Source: Paragordius varius (lineage: Eukaryota > Animalia > Nematomorpha). From it: a stretch of 64,000 bases of DNA. Positions 11,636 through 24,945 of the stretch are shown piece after piece (the stretch's first letter is position 1; the number at the start of each line of letters is the position of its first letter). The DNA lies in NCBI GenBank assembly GCA_964247055.1, contig OZ176052.1, forward strand, positions 6,262,001-6,326,000, in the 5' to 3' direction. The notes beneath the pieces are model-generated. The model was not told the DNA's origin and did no database searches. It saw only the letters and a program-made list of their open reading frames with translations. The translations under genes and the position numbers were made by a program.

Positions 11636-12835
11636 TTAGTAAACAAATGGAGCGATGGTTGATGCACAATAATCTTTAATTTCATTTCCATCAGAGGGTA
11701 AAAACTTACCTAAAATGCTTGTGAATTCTTCAAATTTGATGCTTCGTCCAATAACGCTTTTATACAAACCACCTTCGTAATCCTTGTATATAATGTTTAC
11801 AAAATATTGATTTTCAGGATTAGATTTTACCAAATCTATTTGCATCACAGCACCGAAACCTGGTCTCTCAAAATCGGATACGTTAAATGCTAACAAGATT
11901 GGTACGATCGTTGCTTCGATACCTACATAAATGTTTATGTGTTGTTTGAAACAAGTTTGTCCATTCGCCAAATTTAAGATACTAATGTGTTCTTTCATAG
12001 AATCGATTATCCGTACCAGCAAATTTCCAATCATAATTTTTATCATATGTGCATCATCTCTTCCTATGTTTTTAACCAGGGTCTTGCTAAGATGTCTTAT
12101 TCTTTCGTAAACCGTATCATTTACCCATGGGGGAAGGGCAATACCATAAGTCTTATCGAAAATTAGTGAATTAGCAATAATATGCAATAGAGGTTTAAAC
12201 TTTGTTCCGTCATAGCCGGCATTGGTGAAGACATAATTTAACATTTCATTATTTTCTTGAAACACTTTATTTAAATAAGGATGGTTATCAAGATATTCTG
12301 TTATGATGTAAGTTAGGAGTTTTTGACATTGAATACCAGATGCAAGAAGAAAGTCTGGTTTGGGTAAAACTTCAACTTTTGACTCAAAGCTTGTTGTTTT
12401 ATCTTCTGATGAATGACCCATCAAAGCTTTATAAATAAGTTTTGCACTTGTTATGCATTTTCGACTACCATGGGAAGTAACATAAATCACACTATTGTTT
12501 AAGGCTTCTGTGAGTTTAATTTTATTATTTAGGTCCGAACATGTCCATTTGACGCATGAGGAAGCTGGCTGAGATTCTTTTTCATCGGTTAATCCCAAAA
12601 CTAATGGAGAAAACTCTAAATTTTTTACAATTTCATTTCCGATTCGCACCATTTGTTCCTTACCCTTTTCGGTTAAATTTCCAGGAAAAAATCTAGTGCC
12701 TTTATTTCTTACAGCATCTGTCGGAAATGAAACATCGATTCCATACTCCCCATGATTGATTAACAAGTATCGAGAAATTATTTCTAAACATTTTATAGCA
12801 TTAATATATATTTGTAATTTGATGTTATTATCAAG
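11636..12835 (-). CDS. Histidine acid phosphatase (branch 2) paralog with degenerate catalytic motifs; 5' end unresolved
   Basis: The frame stays open to 12835 (preceded by TAG, a possible acceptor). It aligns along its length with 17881..19089 (GELT..G..QM..IG, KPDFL, LP.W.N..VY, RP.FGA...DL). RHG is replaced by NHG and HD by IE. Confidence 0.8.
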   Translation of the reverse strand, partial: LDNNIKLQIYINAIKCLEIISRYLLINHGEYGIDVSFPTDAVRNKGTRFFPGNLTEKGKEQMVRIGNEIVKNLEFSPLVLGLTDEKESQPASSCVKWTCSDLNNKIKLTEALNNSVIYVTSHGSRKCITSAKLIYKALMGHSSEDKTTSFESKVEVLPKPDFLLASGIQCQKLLTYIITEYLDNHPYLNKVFQENNEMLNYVFTNAGYDGTKFKPLLHIIANSLIFDKTYGIALPPWVNDTVYERIRHLSKTLVKNIGRDDAHMIKIMIGNLLVRIIDSMKEHISILNLANGQTCFKQHINIYVGIEATIVPILLAFNVSDFERPGFGAVMQIDLVKSNPENQYFVNIIYKDYEGGLYKSVIGRSIKFEEFTSILGKFLPSDGNEIKDYCASTIAPFVY

Positions 12836-15800
12836 CTATTTGTATTTATTATTTTTAGTTAAAAATTTGGTGGTAATAGAACTTGTCAGTCTTAAATGAC
12901 TTCAATTATGAAGAAGATGTTTTGAAAATAACTTATCTTTTTGACCATAACATTACTATTATCAAATATTTAATAATCAAAATTAATTTTAGTTGTATTA
13001 TAAAATGTTATTACGTTGACTAAAAGTTGAAACCAAAATATTCATAAAAACTTAATTGGTTAATTAAATAATTTAATTAAATAATTTACCATGATTTGTA
13101 TTACACGTTGGAATTGTTGTAAATTCTGGAATGGCACATCCCAAGAATGCCTTAGATAAAATAATGAATATGCAGTATAATTTAGTATACATTTTTCTAA
13201 TAACAAATCTTTAAAATAATAATAATAGTAATAAAGGCGTAAAGACACTATGTAATAACTTCAGGGTCACAATTAGCACAACATGAGTTTGCTGTTTTTT
13301 ACTGTTTTTGACACATATATGTGTACATGTCATAATTTTCAAAAATTATGATCTTATCAGATTGCGAACACAAGAACCTTTTTTTCTATAAAAACAATTT
13401 TATTATATTAAAATGAAAATTATAAAATGTTAAAAAAATTCTTGAGAAAAATTTACATATAAACGAAAAAATGTACATATTATACAATCATTTGGACAAC
13501 GTTTAGGTCCATTATTCATGAAAGTTTTATTGGCTCAGTTAGACACCACCCCATGTGATAATATGAGTCAAAACAAATCCTCAAAAACATGTCTTTGTCA
13601 CATATTGAGAAACGCGTAGGTTAATTCAAGTTCAATAATTATTTTTTTATCAATGCGCCGCAAATAAAGCCCACTGGTTTTAATTATCCGGGCATAGGCC
13701 CCCTTTCACCTAAAATGACATTTTTTGCAAAAATCTTAGTCCCTATATGGAATTTTTGAGGCTTTTTCGCCCAAGTTAGAAGGCTATATAAAATAAAAAT
13801 GGTTTTAGGTATTTCCTTAATAAAGGCAAAAATTTAAGTTAATTTCTATTTATAACCCATAAGAGACACAATATAGTTGAATACGCCATCATATAAAAAT
13901 TACCTGGCTTAGAAGTAATTTTCCTTATGAGAACATATGGATTCAATCATTAAAAGCAAAGGTTTAACCCAGGGCGTTTGAAACATGAAATGCGATTCCG
14001 AACGAAAAATCAAATCTATAATATATTTTAAACATGTGACCCCATTGAAATTATATTATGGCCTCATGAATTTCATTTTTTTATTATGGATGAAGGCACT
14101 TTTGCCGTCAATACGTTTCAAAAGAATCATCCATCGTCATTCCCGAAAAATTCAGATTTTAGTCGAGGAATTAAAATTTTATATATTTTAAAACATATTT
14201 TTTGTAAGAAACAAAATAATTCCACAGTCAAATATATATCAAATGTAGAATATTAACGCTGAAACAACTTTGCGTGTAGACTTATTCTTTATATTAAGAA
14301 TCATTATAATTTGTTTAAACTTGCGGGTCAATTTTAGGTTTAAGTTGGGTTTTTTAAAATAAATTTCCCAGAGCTTTGATAATTAATTATAATATATATT
14401 CCTTATTTGTATAACGGTATTAAATAAAAAAAAGGAATAAAAAACATGCACGTGAATTGAAAAACATTTTTATTTTCATTTGTGTTTACAAAACTTATAA
14501 ACTTATCATTAGCCCAAATTTTTCTTCGTTAAAATAATATTTCTATTAGACTACGTACAGCGAAGTGTAACAAATAAAATTATGATATCATAAAATATTA
14601 ACGGCTATCTATATAAGGTATAAAATATCTGAGGCCGCCTTTTCATTATAAGATACCATTTCAATGAGATCAGATTTTGTCATGACATAGCAGTCTTCAC
14701 CGATTATATAACATTGAAGTTTCTAAGTTTAAATACCTATTTTATAATTGTTGTTATTAAAACAAAGATAAAAAATGGGTTTATACCTGAACTTTTTTGA
14801 TTATACAAATATTGCCTTTATACGCTAAATTTCATTATATAACTACAAATGATATTGAATTTCATGTTTCATATATTTTTTATTAAAGTATATATTTTTT
14901 TATTTAGAGTAAATAGTTAATTATCAAGCTCAGCGTTTTTTTCTACCAAATTCAACACTTTTTCAATCCAACCTTACCGTCTTTTATTCAAACTCAACAG
15001 TTTGATTCAATTCGATTGTTGATTTTTTAGTCAAATTTTTTAAATGAAATTCATTTTCCTTAAATTACTGGTTCGCTATATATTTAATATGTAATTAGTT
15101 TTGCCCGCCGCCTTTATATTTAACTCATATAGCCATATATATATATATATATCAAAATTATCATGGTGCTTTGAGTTTGGCCTTGCGAGTGAAATAAGAA
15201 AGTAATTTCATGGCAAGTGCTCCATATCAGAAAATGACAAAATTTGCGCACGTTTTATAAAATATTTTTTTGGTGAGAGCTATATGCTTCTTTAATTACA
15301 AAAAATTCACTAAAATATATCATAAACTACATATAAAAAGCAAAATATATTTTCGAAAAATTTTATTTTTAAGCCTCCGAAAGTCCCAAATTTTTTCCCT
15401 TTTCTAAAATGGGCCAGTTCTTTTATAATAAACGCAAAAATGCGGGGATCGCGCAATAAAAATTTTAAATATTTGCTATTTGTTATCGATTAAAAATATT
15501 TTTTAAAAAGGCATTATTTTATCAAAAGTTGCAATTTTATTGAAGCCTACTTCATACTATTTTAAGGCATAATGGAAACGGTTTAAAAACGCTTCAGGAT
15601 TAAAACAGTTTTTTCTATATATTTCTATAATCCTGAACAATTCCGTGCTTCAGCCCTAATAATTTAAATTATCGTTTGCTTCCAAATTTTGGTGAATTAT
15701 AATAAAAATATACAATTTATATCTAACATTATTTGATTACGAACGAATATTTTAATTTCTGAGGTGATAGAGATGTTTAGCATAATCGAATTATAAAAGT

Positions 15801-16138
15801 GTTTTATAACATCTTAAGGTGTTTTTATACCGTTTCCATCAAGCCTAATTTGAATCTCGGCCAAAATTTTGTTAAAATTAAATTTTTAAACAAAATATCT
15901 ATTTTTTCGGACAAATTTTTTTGAAGAACTTGGCATATATTTAAAATTCATTTTTATGGGAGAACTAGCCCATTTTAGAAGAGCGAAAATTTTTGGGACT
16001 TTTGGAATAAAAATTATTTAAATATCGTTTCCTTTTTAAATGCAGTGTATGATAATGTGACCAGATATTTTAAACTCGGACGCAGTACAAAATTAAAACA
16101 TACTTTGTCTGTTTTTAAACCATCGGTGTGGTATATTA

Positions 16139-17781
16139 CACAGTTTCCACAAAAAATATCCTGCTGAAAAATATATATTCTGATAGGAAAATATCAGGAT
16201 TAGCATGGTGCTTTTGGTTTTAACCTTTACGAGTTATTAGAGAAAGTTATTTACACTTTTGTGGTAGGTGCTCAGTAATTGCAAAAGGCGCGCAATTTTT
16301 CACATATATTTTTTTGTGAAAGCTAAATTAAAAAATATCAGTAAATATAACATAAACTACATACATAAATTAAAAAAAGATGTGAGTTCTGATAGTCCCA
16401 AATTTTTGGTCTTTAATAGACTGTTCTCTTAACAAATATTCCGATATTGTTTAATAATTTTAAATATATACTAAATTTTGATATCAACTAAATAAATAAT
16501 ATGAAGTACGCTTCAACAAAATTTTGCTAAAAACTAAATTTTTGGAAGTGTGCATTTTTTAAAGCATGATGGAAACATTATAAACGGTGGAGATATTACA
16601 ATATTATATATATATATATATATATATAATTAGATAATGCTAATTCTCAATCAAAATTTTGATTAAAATGGTTCGTTTTCAAATTTATATTAAATAAAAA
16701 TTGTTTTTTTTACAAAAATTCGCCAACATTTTAAGCCAACAAAACCTCTAAATTGAAATTCTGAACCTATAGTAATGTTAAACATCATTGAATTATTTAG
16801 AAAAAGGGTTTTATTATATCTTAAAGCGTTATACCGTTTTCATCAAGCTTCAAAATAAATTTAAGTAAGGTATAACAAAATATCTCAAATTTGTTAATGA
16901 AAAAAATAATAAAACTAATAAAATTTAAAGTTTAGGAAAAAAATTAAGTAATATCAATCTCCCACCTAATGAGTATAAAACGTAGAAACTCTTAATTTTT
17001 TAATTTTAAATACGAAAAAAAGGTTATTTCGGAATCATATGCCATATATGATAAATTTTATATTTATGTTATGGGAATAACAATTTTTTATATAATTTTC
17101 CGTTTGATAATTATAACAAAAATTGAACTTTCTAAATTTGATCAAACATTTATTAAAATAATATTATGTAACTTTTGAAATTGGAGGCACCTTTTCTTAC
17201 GGAAGCCCTGAGTGAAAGAGCCATTAGCCTGAATCTTAAGGTGTGGAGTCCCAGATTTATAGTTTCGCCACTGCGCAAAAGGCTGCAATCTTAAGTTTTA
17301 TGTATAATTCGAGCAGAAAAATATAAACCAATTATAGGCCAATCTTAGTTATTTACCGAAAAATGAACCTTTTCTTTACAAATTATGGGGTTATTTTTAT
17401 TGAGGGTACTATATTAAATACTAAAATAATTTTCTTGAATAATCAAAAATTAATATATATTTATAAATTTTTTTTTTAATTTCAAAAAGCAGTACAAAAG
17501 AGGGCGCAGTACTGGCTCAGTTTTTTTCTGAAAACCCAGTACTGTACTGCGAAAAACAGCCTATCTGGTCACATTAGTGTATGATATATTTCAATGATAT
17601 TTTTTTGGAATGAATCAAACTTTTGCCAAAAATTTATTTCAAAAAATGTGCACAATTTTGCCATTTTCTGATATGTAGCACAAACCACAAAACTGTAATA
17701 ACTTTCTTAAATGGCTCGTAAGGGCCTAAACCAAAAGCACCATGATATTCCTGATATTACCTATTTTTTGTGCACCCTGTG
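16139..17781. mobile_element. CAC-terminated (Chapaev3-like) element with unrelated internal sequence
   Basis: Left end TTA|CACAGTTTCCACAAAAAATATCCTG and right end ...GTGCACCCTGTG. The family core ATCAGGATT..CATGGTGCTTTTGG is present at both ends in inverted orientation. Further partial copies at ~15150-15970, 20930-21345, 34320-35170, 48349-49310, 52780-53230 and 55340-55500. Confidence 0.5.
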
Positions 17782-17880
17782 GTTAATAACACATCAAAAT
17801 AATAATAATTTAATTTTATTTGCATTACAATCACTTTATGATGGGTTATTTATTTAATTTTAAAATAATAAACAAAACAT

Positions 17881-19089
17881 TCATATTGTATAATCTCCAT
17901 CTATTGGTAGTTTATTAAACGGTGATATTTTATTGGCACATCCGACATCCCAACCATTTTCAACGCTTTCAAGGTGTTTTAGGCTTGCGAAAAAATTATT
18001 AAAATTTACACCATCAATTACGGTTTTGAAAGGGCTATCTAGTGCATCTCTAAATTCAACATTTATATAAAAGTGTTGATGAGATTCCGACCAAATTAGA
18101 TCAAAATATATCATTGCCCCAAAATCAGGCCGCTTTCCTGCGCTACTATTAAGAGCTAACATAATGGGTGTTATTGTGTGGTCATGTCCGACTATTACAT
18201 AATACTTAATTTTGTTAGCATATTTTATGTCACATTTTTTCGTTGTTTCCGTACTACCACTTATATCATTGTTGCATCGAAGAGAACTACCAAAATCCTG
18301 TATATTTTGTTTCAGTTGTTTTAATAATCGATTAACAAAGTTTCCAGCAGCCATTTTTATGAAACGAGCATCCCGTTGACCAAAGTATGCAAAAACGCCG
18401 TTACACAAATCTTGAGCCAATTGATAAACATTTTCATTGGCCCATGTTGGAAGGGGATACCCTTGGGCCCGATTTAGAGACAATACATCAGCCACGATGA
18501 GAATTAGAAAAGGAAAAGATTTATCTACGAACCCAGCTTGATTGAGTATCTTATTAAGTAACTCGGCATTACCGATAAAGTGTTTTTGAAATAATGGATC
18601 ACGTTTAACGACTCTGGCTATATAGTTTGAATAATTCTTGCATTCATGACTCCGGAACAAAAAATCAGGTTTAGCAAAAGTTAACATTTCCTTTTCAAGA
18701 TTAAAGCTACTTAACTCGTGTGCTATAATTTGTGCACTGTGTCTACATCTTGTAGCATTGGAAGTATAAATTAAAATTTTTTCCATTTCCTCACGATCTA
18801 AGAAAGTTCTTTTATTTAGTGCCCCGAAAAAATGTGTGGACCTTTTATTTTCTTCTATAGATTTTGCTATATCCAACCCTATCAGTTTCATTTGTAGTTG
18901 TCCATAATCGGTAAGCTCTCCAGGTGGGTATTTAGTTGGAAACCTTTCATAGGCAGGATATATTGTATCTACAACTTTTTCACCATGGCGCAATATATGG
19001 GTTCTTGATACTAGAATGTCTAAATATATTTAAAACAATATACAGAGCATAGTTAATTGTTTAATGAAAATAAAGTATAGTACCTCCAT
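17881..19089 (-). CDS. Histidine acid phosphatase (branch 2; lysosomal/prostatic type); exons 19089-19044 and 19019-17881
   Basis: RHGEK motif, GELTDYG, SNATRCRHSA and VGHDHT (HD motif). The ORF-track start is a TTG. The nearest ATG joins in frame only through a 24-nt GT-AG intron, so the 5' model is less certain than the product. Confidence 0.85.
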
Positions 19090-20273
19090 CTTGATAAATT
19101 TTAAAAGAATATATGTTAAAAAATAGATTTAAGTATAAGATAAAATTTAAAAAGTAGCGCATAAATAGAATTTTAAAAAATAATCTAGACTAATTTATGA
19201 TATTTTATCATCTTAAATTTATGGCTTTAAGCCACATATCGTACGGACATAACAATCAACCATTTATTTCTTTAAAATAAAAGACTTTTTAGAGAAGCAT
19301 TTTTATATTTTTGACGTTTTTACAATTCTAGAGATGATGGATGAGTTTGGTAGGACTCACATATATCTTTCTTATGTAAAAAAATTTATTTTAATAAAAT
19401 TTATACGAAGCTTTAGATTAGAGAGCCTTATTGGGTTAAAAAAATTTTGATTGGATTATATCTTAAAAATGATGGATGAGTTTGAAAACGCAAAAAATAT
19501 TATCTAAGTAAAAAAACGTTTATTTATGTTATACGGTAGAGATGAATCTTATTGGGTTTAAAAAATTTAATTGGTTAATAGGGAAAATAAATTAAACAAG
19601 TTTGAATGTTTTTTCTAGCTTAAATTATACAGATTTTCAGCAATTATAATAAGAAAAACTAAAAATGTTTATAATTGCTTAAGACAAATTTACAATTTTT
19701 TTCACCAATTAAAAGATGCTAATTATCAATATATATAAAATATGAATGATATATTGTCACATGTGTCATAATATTTCTGTAGTTTCCCAAAATTAAAAAG
19801 TACTCTCAAGCCATTTAATATTTTATAAATAAAGCAAATTAGCTATTAATTAATAAATCAATTAAGCCATACATTGAATCTCAATAAATTTTTACGTCTA
19901 AATATATAATGCAATTTAAAATAGAGTTCAATTTTAAATAAAAAATGGATTCTTTTGAGGACGATATTTGAATATCTGGATCTTTTTATTACCAAAAATC
20001 GAAATAAGCGTACAAATAAAACAGTTGAACATTATCATTGCTTCATTACCATTTATGGCATATAAGTGGGATTTCATATATAAATAACTCATATTCTATG
20101 ATGCTAGGCCAAAGTTAAAAGTATGCATTCTTTAGCTTTTTAGGCACATTATGCAAAAAAATATTCTAAAAATGTAAAGTTTTTTAAATCATCCTTTTAA
20201 ATTTTTAACCTCCGTTTTTTGGGATATATATATAAAAGACTGAAAAATTTAATTAAAAGCGTATTATGGTTAG

Positions 20274-20865
20274 CACTCCATTCCGTTTTGGGGTAGTTTT
20301 ATATCCCAGAGCGATTTCAAAATGAATATTTTAAAAAGTATTTAAGGTAGTAGGCAAAATTTAAATATATGCCTTTTAGCTTTTAGGCGCATAATACAAA
20401 ATTTTATGAAAAAATGTAAAATTGTGAAAAATCCTTATCTCAAACTTTTTTGCCGCCATTTTTTCTAAAATATTTTTCAAATCGCTAATGTAACAGGAAA
20501 ATAAATGTTTAAGGTAAAAAACCTAAAATATTTACAGTTTTATAACTTCTTTTTATAATTTGGACATCACCAAAACATAATACTAAATAGTTGATTGTTA
20601 CATCAATAAATACGAGTGTTTGTTGGTTAAATTCTATTCGAAAGCTTACTTAAAATCAAAATTTACATTTTCTAACCATAAAATACTTTTGCACTATTAT
20701 ATTATCGAATAAAAACGAAAAAAATGTTGGCGAAAAAGTTTGATATGATGTTCTTTTACAATTTTGAAATGTTTTTGAAATTATTTTTGTTTATTAATAC
20801 CTTTTAAGATAGTCAAATTTCTAATCCCTTTGTGATTTAAAACTACCCTAAAATGTCATGAAGTG
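20274..20865. mobile_element. TTAA-type MITE family B
   Basis: Imperfect TIRs CACTCCATTCCGTTTTGGGGTAGTTTT and CACTTCATGACATTTTAGGGTAGTTTT, flanked by TTAG and TTAA. Related pieces at ~22900-23320, 35170-35400 and 47700-48200. Confidence 0.6.
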
Positions 20866-21856
20866 TTAAAGCAAGCGAACCTTTCAATTAAACAGCTGAA
20901 GCGATAGAAATGGTTAGCAATCTATTTATTTAAAAAAATGTTATATAAAGCTTTATACCATTTCCATCATGTCTTAAATAGTATGGCTTCAACAACTAAT
21001 AATTAAATTTTTTAAAAAAAATATGGATTTTTTTAAAATATTTTTTATTGATACCATTTTTGCGTTTATTTCGACGCTCACATCTGAAGTTAAAATTTTT
21101 TGAAAATGATGGTTTGCTGTTTATATGTAGTCTATAATATATTTTAGGGTTGTTTTCTGGAATGAAGCCTATAGCTTTCACCAAAAAAAATTATTTAAAA
21201 AATGCTCGCAATTTTTGCCATTTTTTTATATGGAGCAGTTGCTAAAAAAGTGATAATATCTTTCTTATATCAATGGTAGAGACCAAAATTTAAAACACAT
21301 GATAATCCTGGTACATTTTATTATCAAATTATATATTATTAATCAGGATATTTTTTATATCCCACTAATTTGGACGCAGTGTTGCGTAAAAATATGTTTT
21401 TAAACCTTTTCCTTCAGTCTTAAAATATTATGAATCACGCTTATACAAAACTTTGTAATACGTTAATAAGCAAAATATATATTTTTCGAAAATTACTATT
21501 CTTGATGTCACAATTTAGCATATTAAATATTTTATCGCGCAATCACGGCATTTTACGTTTATTGACAGAACTATACCATTTTGTAACAAAATATATGGGA
21601 ATTTCTAAGCCTATGTCTAAAATCATGATATTTTTGGATGAAGGATTTAGCTTTTACCAAAAATTTTATTTAACAATATTTGGACAATTTTTTTTGATAT
21701 AGAGCATTTACCATATATTTGTAAATAATTAAATCACTAGTAAGGACCAATACCAAAAGAACCATAACAATACTGATTATTTTCCCATCAGAATATATTT
21801 TATTATATTTTTTTGCAGACGCGGTGTATATTAAATATTCACAATGTGATATAATC

Positions 21857-24622
21857 ATGTGCGATGCAGTACGCAAAGCCAAAAACCAAACCCCCAAAAA
21901 GAAAAACTCGGACCCTATTTATGAATACACGGCCCATAATTGGGAATCTTATTTTGAGTGCGATACCGTTACAGATGATGGCACTGAGTCGTTTTTTTGG
22001 AGAGCTCATACTTTAACCGTCTTATTTTGTTTTGCTTGTATTTTATGCTTTGTCGCAGTTAAGGAAGCAAATCATTCAAGTCCACTTCTTAATCCCAGTG
22101 AATTAGAATATAAAGAAGCCTATAATTTTAAACGGGGGTTTTTGGCTTGTATTGGGGTATTTTTATTATTTGGAATTACTCAAACCCCTGATGGTCCATT
22201 TAAGCGGCCACACCCAGTAGTTTGGCGATTTATATATTGTGTCAGCATATTGTATGAGCTTCTTTTGATATTTTTGCTTTTTCAAACGCCTCAAACTGCC
22301 CGGACTTTACTTAAACACATTGATTCCGAATTAGGAAAGCCCTTACCAGAAAAATCTTATGGTGGGAATTGTAAAATTTATGATCCTATAAGTATAATAT
22401 TTTTATCTATATCTATAGATTATCCCAATGATCCATTTTACAACTTCAAAGATAAAATGGATGAATTCGTACCAACACATTTCCTTGGTTGGTGGTTTAA
22501 AACCCTTATAATTCGCGATTGGTGGCTTTGCATGGTTATGAGCATTATGTTTGAGATTTTGGAATACAGTTTGGAACATCAATTACCTAATTTTAGTGAA
22601 TGCTGGTGGGACCATTGGATTCTCGATGTTTTAATTTGTAACGGATTAGGTGATTTCGCATAATATATTTTTTTAATTTATACTTCTTAAAATAATAATA
22701 ATATGGAATGACAAGAAAATACCAGAAAAATTAAGTATCCCAATGAAAAATTGATAAAATTATAGAACACGATTTACATAAATCTGGCCTAAGACATTGG
22801 CAATATATATGTTAAAAAACATTTTTTTGTTAAAATTGATTATAGAATGTTTATCAATATTATCAAGTCATATCCCTTAAAAATTATAATTCTAATGAGG
22901 GATTATTACTCATTACTTTTTCATTTTTTGGGGGTAGATTTATATTTTAGAGCTTATTTATAAAATGCTGTTCGAAAAGTTGTTTTGATTAAAATTTAAT
23001 ATCAAACATTGTTATCCTGTTTTATATAGAAAGCTTAGAATTTTTAACTTCTACAATACGAAATGATAGCTTCACAACCCGATTGGAACAGGCTGATTTT
23101 AAATTTAATATCTTACAAAATTTACTGCTATTATAATATTTAAAAGCTTTCTTAGGCTAATTATTTACGTTTTAAACCATAATATAAATCTATTAGCCTG
23201 CTGTAATCGTTTGATAAAAATCCAAGGAAAAAAATGGCGGCAAAAAAGTTTGACTCAAGAATATTTTACAATTTTATACTTTTTAAATTTTTTGGATCAT
23301 GTGCTTAATAGGCTAAAGAAGGCATGTATTAATTTGGCCCAATAAAACACTTTTTATGATTTCAAATTTAAGATCGTATGTTAAATTTTCCGGACAGGTA
23401 ATGATCGTTACACATTTTTTAATCTAATATCTTTTTGATTAAACTTAAGTTTTTTAAAATTTGTATTAATCGTTGAACCAATGCCTTATATAATATAAAA
23501 AAAATTTAATTGTTGCTAGTGGCTTACAAGATCAGAATTCTATTAAAAAGTTAGTTTTTGAATCATTTATGTATATTAGCAATTTTTACTATTACATTCC
23601 ACCAAAATAAAATTTAATTATTCGGTAGAATATAGTTCTTTATCAAATAAAAAGTTATTTCTCTATATTAACCAATTGTGTATAATGAATTACTTTTTAT
23701 AGGCATATATTTGGGGATGAAAACGCTCGAATACCTGTGTATGAAACCATATCATTGGCGTGGTATGTGGAACATACCAGGCTACCGCGGTAAGCTTAAA
23801 CGCGCTGCAGCACAATTTAGTCCCTACAGTTGGATCATGTTTGAATGGAAACCGACGCAAAGTCTCAAGCGTTGGTTAGCTATGTTAGGACTCATTCTTA
23901 TATTTTTGTTGGCTGAAACAAACACGTTTTATCTCAAATATGTTTTATGGCTAAAACCAACACATTACTTAAACCTTGTACGCCTAATTTTTTTCTTGTT
24001 GGCGGGTGGGGTAGCCCTGCGTGAAACATTTCAATATCTTGATGATCCAAGGTGCAAAAAATTTGGTCGACAATCATGGGTAGTAGGTTCCATCATTATT
24101 ACCGAAATGTTAATCATTTACAAATTTGATCCGGATTTAGTTACAAAACCTTTCCCGCCTCGTATCTTTTGGGCTTGGTGTTGTGCGATCGCATGTTTAT
24201 GTATTTATACATTTTTCAAATTTTTTGTCGTTATTCACGACGAAGACTTATTCCTACGAATTCCATTCATGACTAACAAACTTAAAAGTTGTACACGGAG
24301 TCCCGTCGGGAAACGGATATGTGCCATGATATTACCCAAAACATATTTTTGCTTTTTGTCTGATGCCACATTTGGTACAAGTTGTTGCCCAAATATAAAT
24401 AATGATTATAAATCAAACTTTAAGACAAACCATTCAAACATTTTACCGTTTAAGTATGGAATTCAAACAAACGATAATGCGGCTTCCTATCCCATTTCTT
24501 ACAACCCTAAGTGTCTGAGTTCTTCAGCTATTAATCTTTTATCATCACAACAGGAAGATATAATTAGAGAGAAACGATATGTTAGGCATCGAACTAATTC
24601 TCAAGGTTTTACACCTGAATAA
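21857..24622 (+). CDS. PTDSS2: Phosphatidylserine synthase 2; exons 21857-22649 (possible 27-nt intron 22392-22418) and 23703-24622
   Basis: [69 protein letters not shown]|IYLG and QFSPYSW. A phase-1 GT-AG intron at 22650-23702 joins the two ORFs in frame. Confidence 0.95.
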
Positions 24623-24945
24623 GTGATAAAATTGTTTTTTGCCCTTGTGAATAACCAAATAATGGATAGAACTGTTCTATCTGCCCAAATAACATATGTG
24701 ATATGCAATTTTTTAGTGAATATATATACATCCATGTATAGTAATCAAAATATTATTTTTTTATCTAAAAACTAGAATTTAATCATATAATAAATTTTTG
24801 ATTATCTTTTCTATTTTTTTGATCCATTTTAATATCCTTTGTGGAAAAAATGAGAAATGTTTGCTTCGTATATATATAGGATTGCCATATAAAAATAACT
24901 CATTCTAGAATACATAAGTCTTATTTTGTTATAGTCCTTTACACT

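Noticed and set aside
17200-17290. GC-rich island as a tRNA or SINE
   Set aside because: No cloverleaf or A/B boxes could be drawn; more likely a fragment of another repeat.
4603-19043. Non-standard genetic code (TAA/TAG reassigned) as an explanation for in-frame stops
   Set aside because: Well-supported genes here end in TAA, long ORFs contain no internal stops, and the 22- and 23-nt cases need a frame change that readthrough cannot supply.
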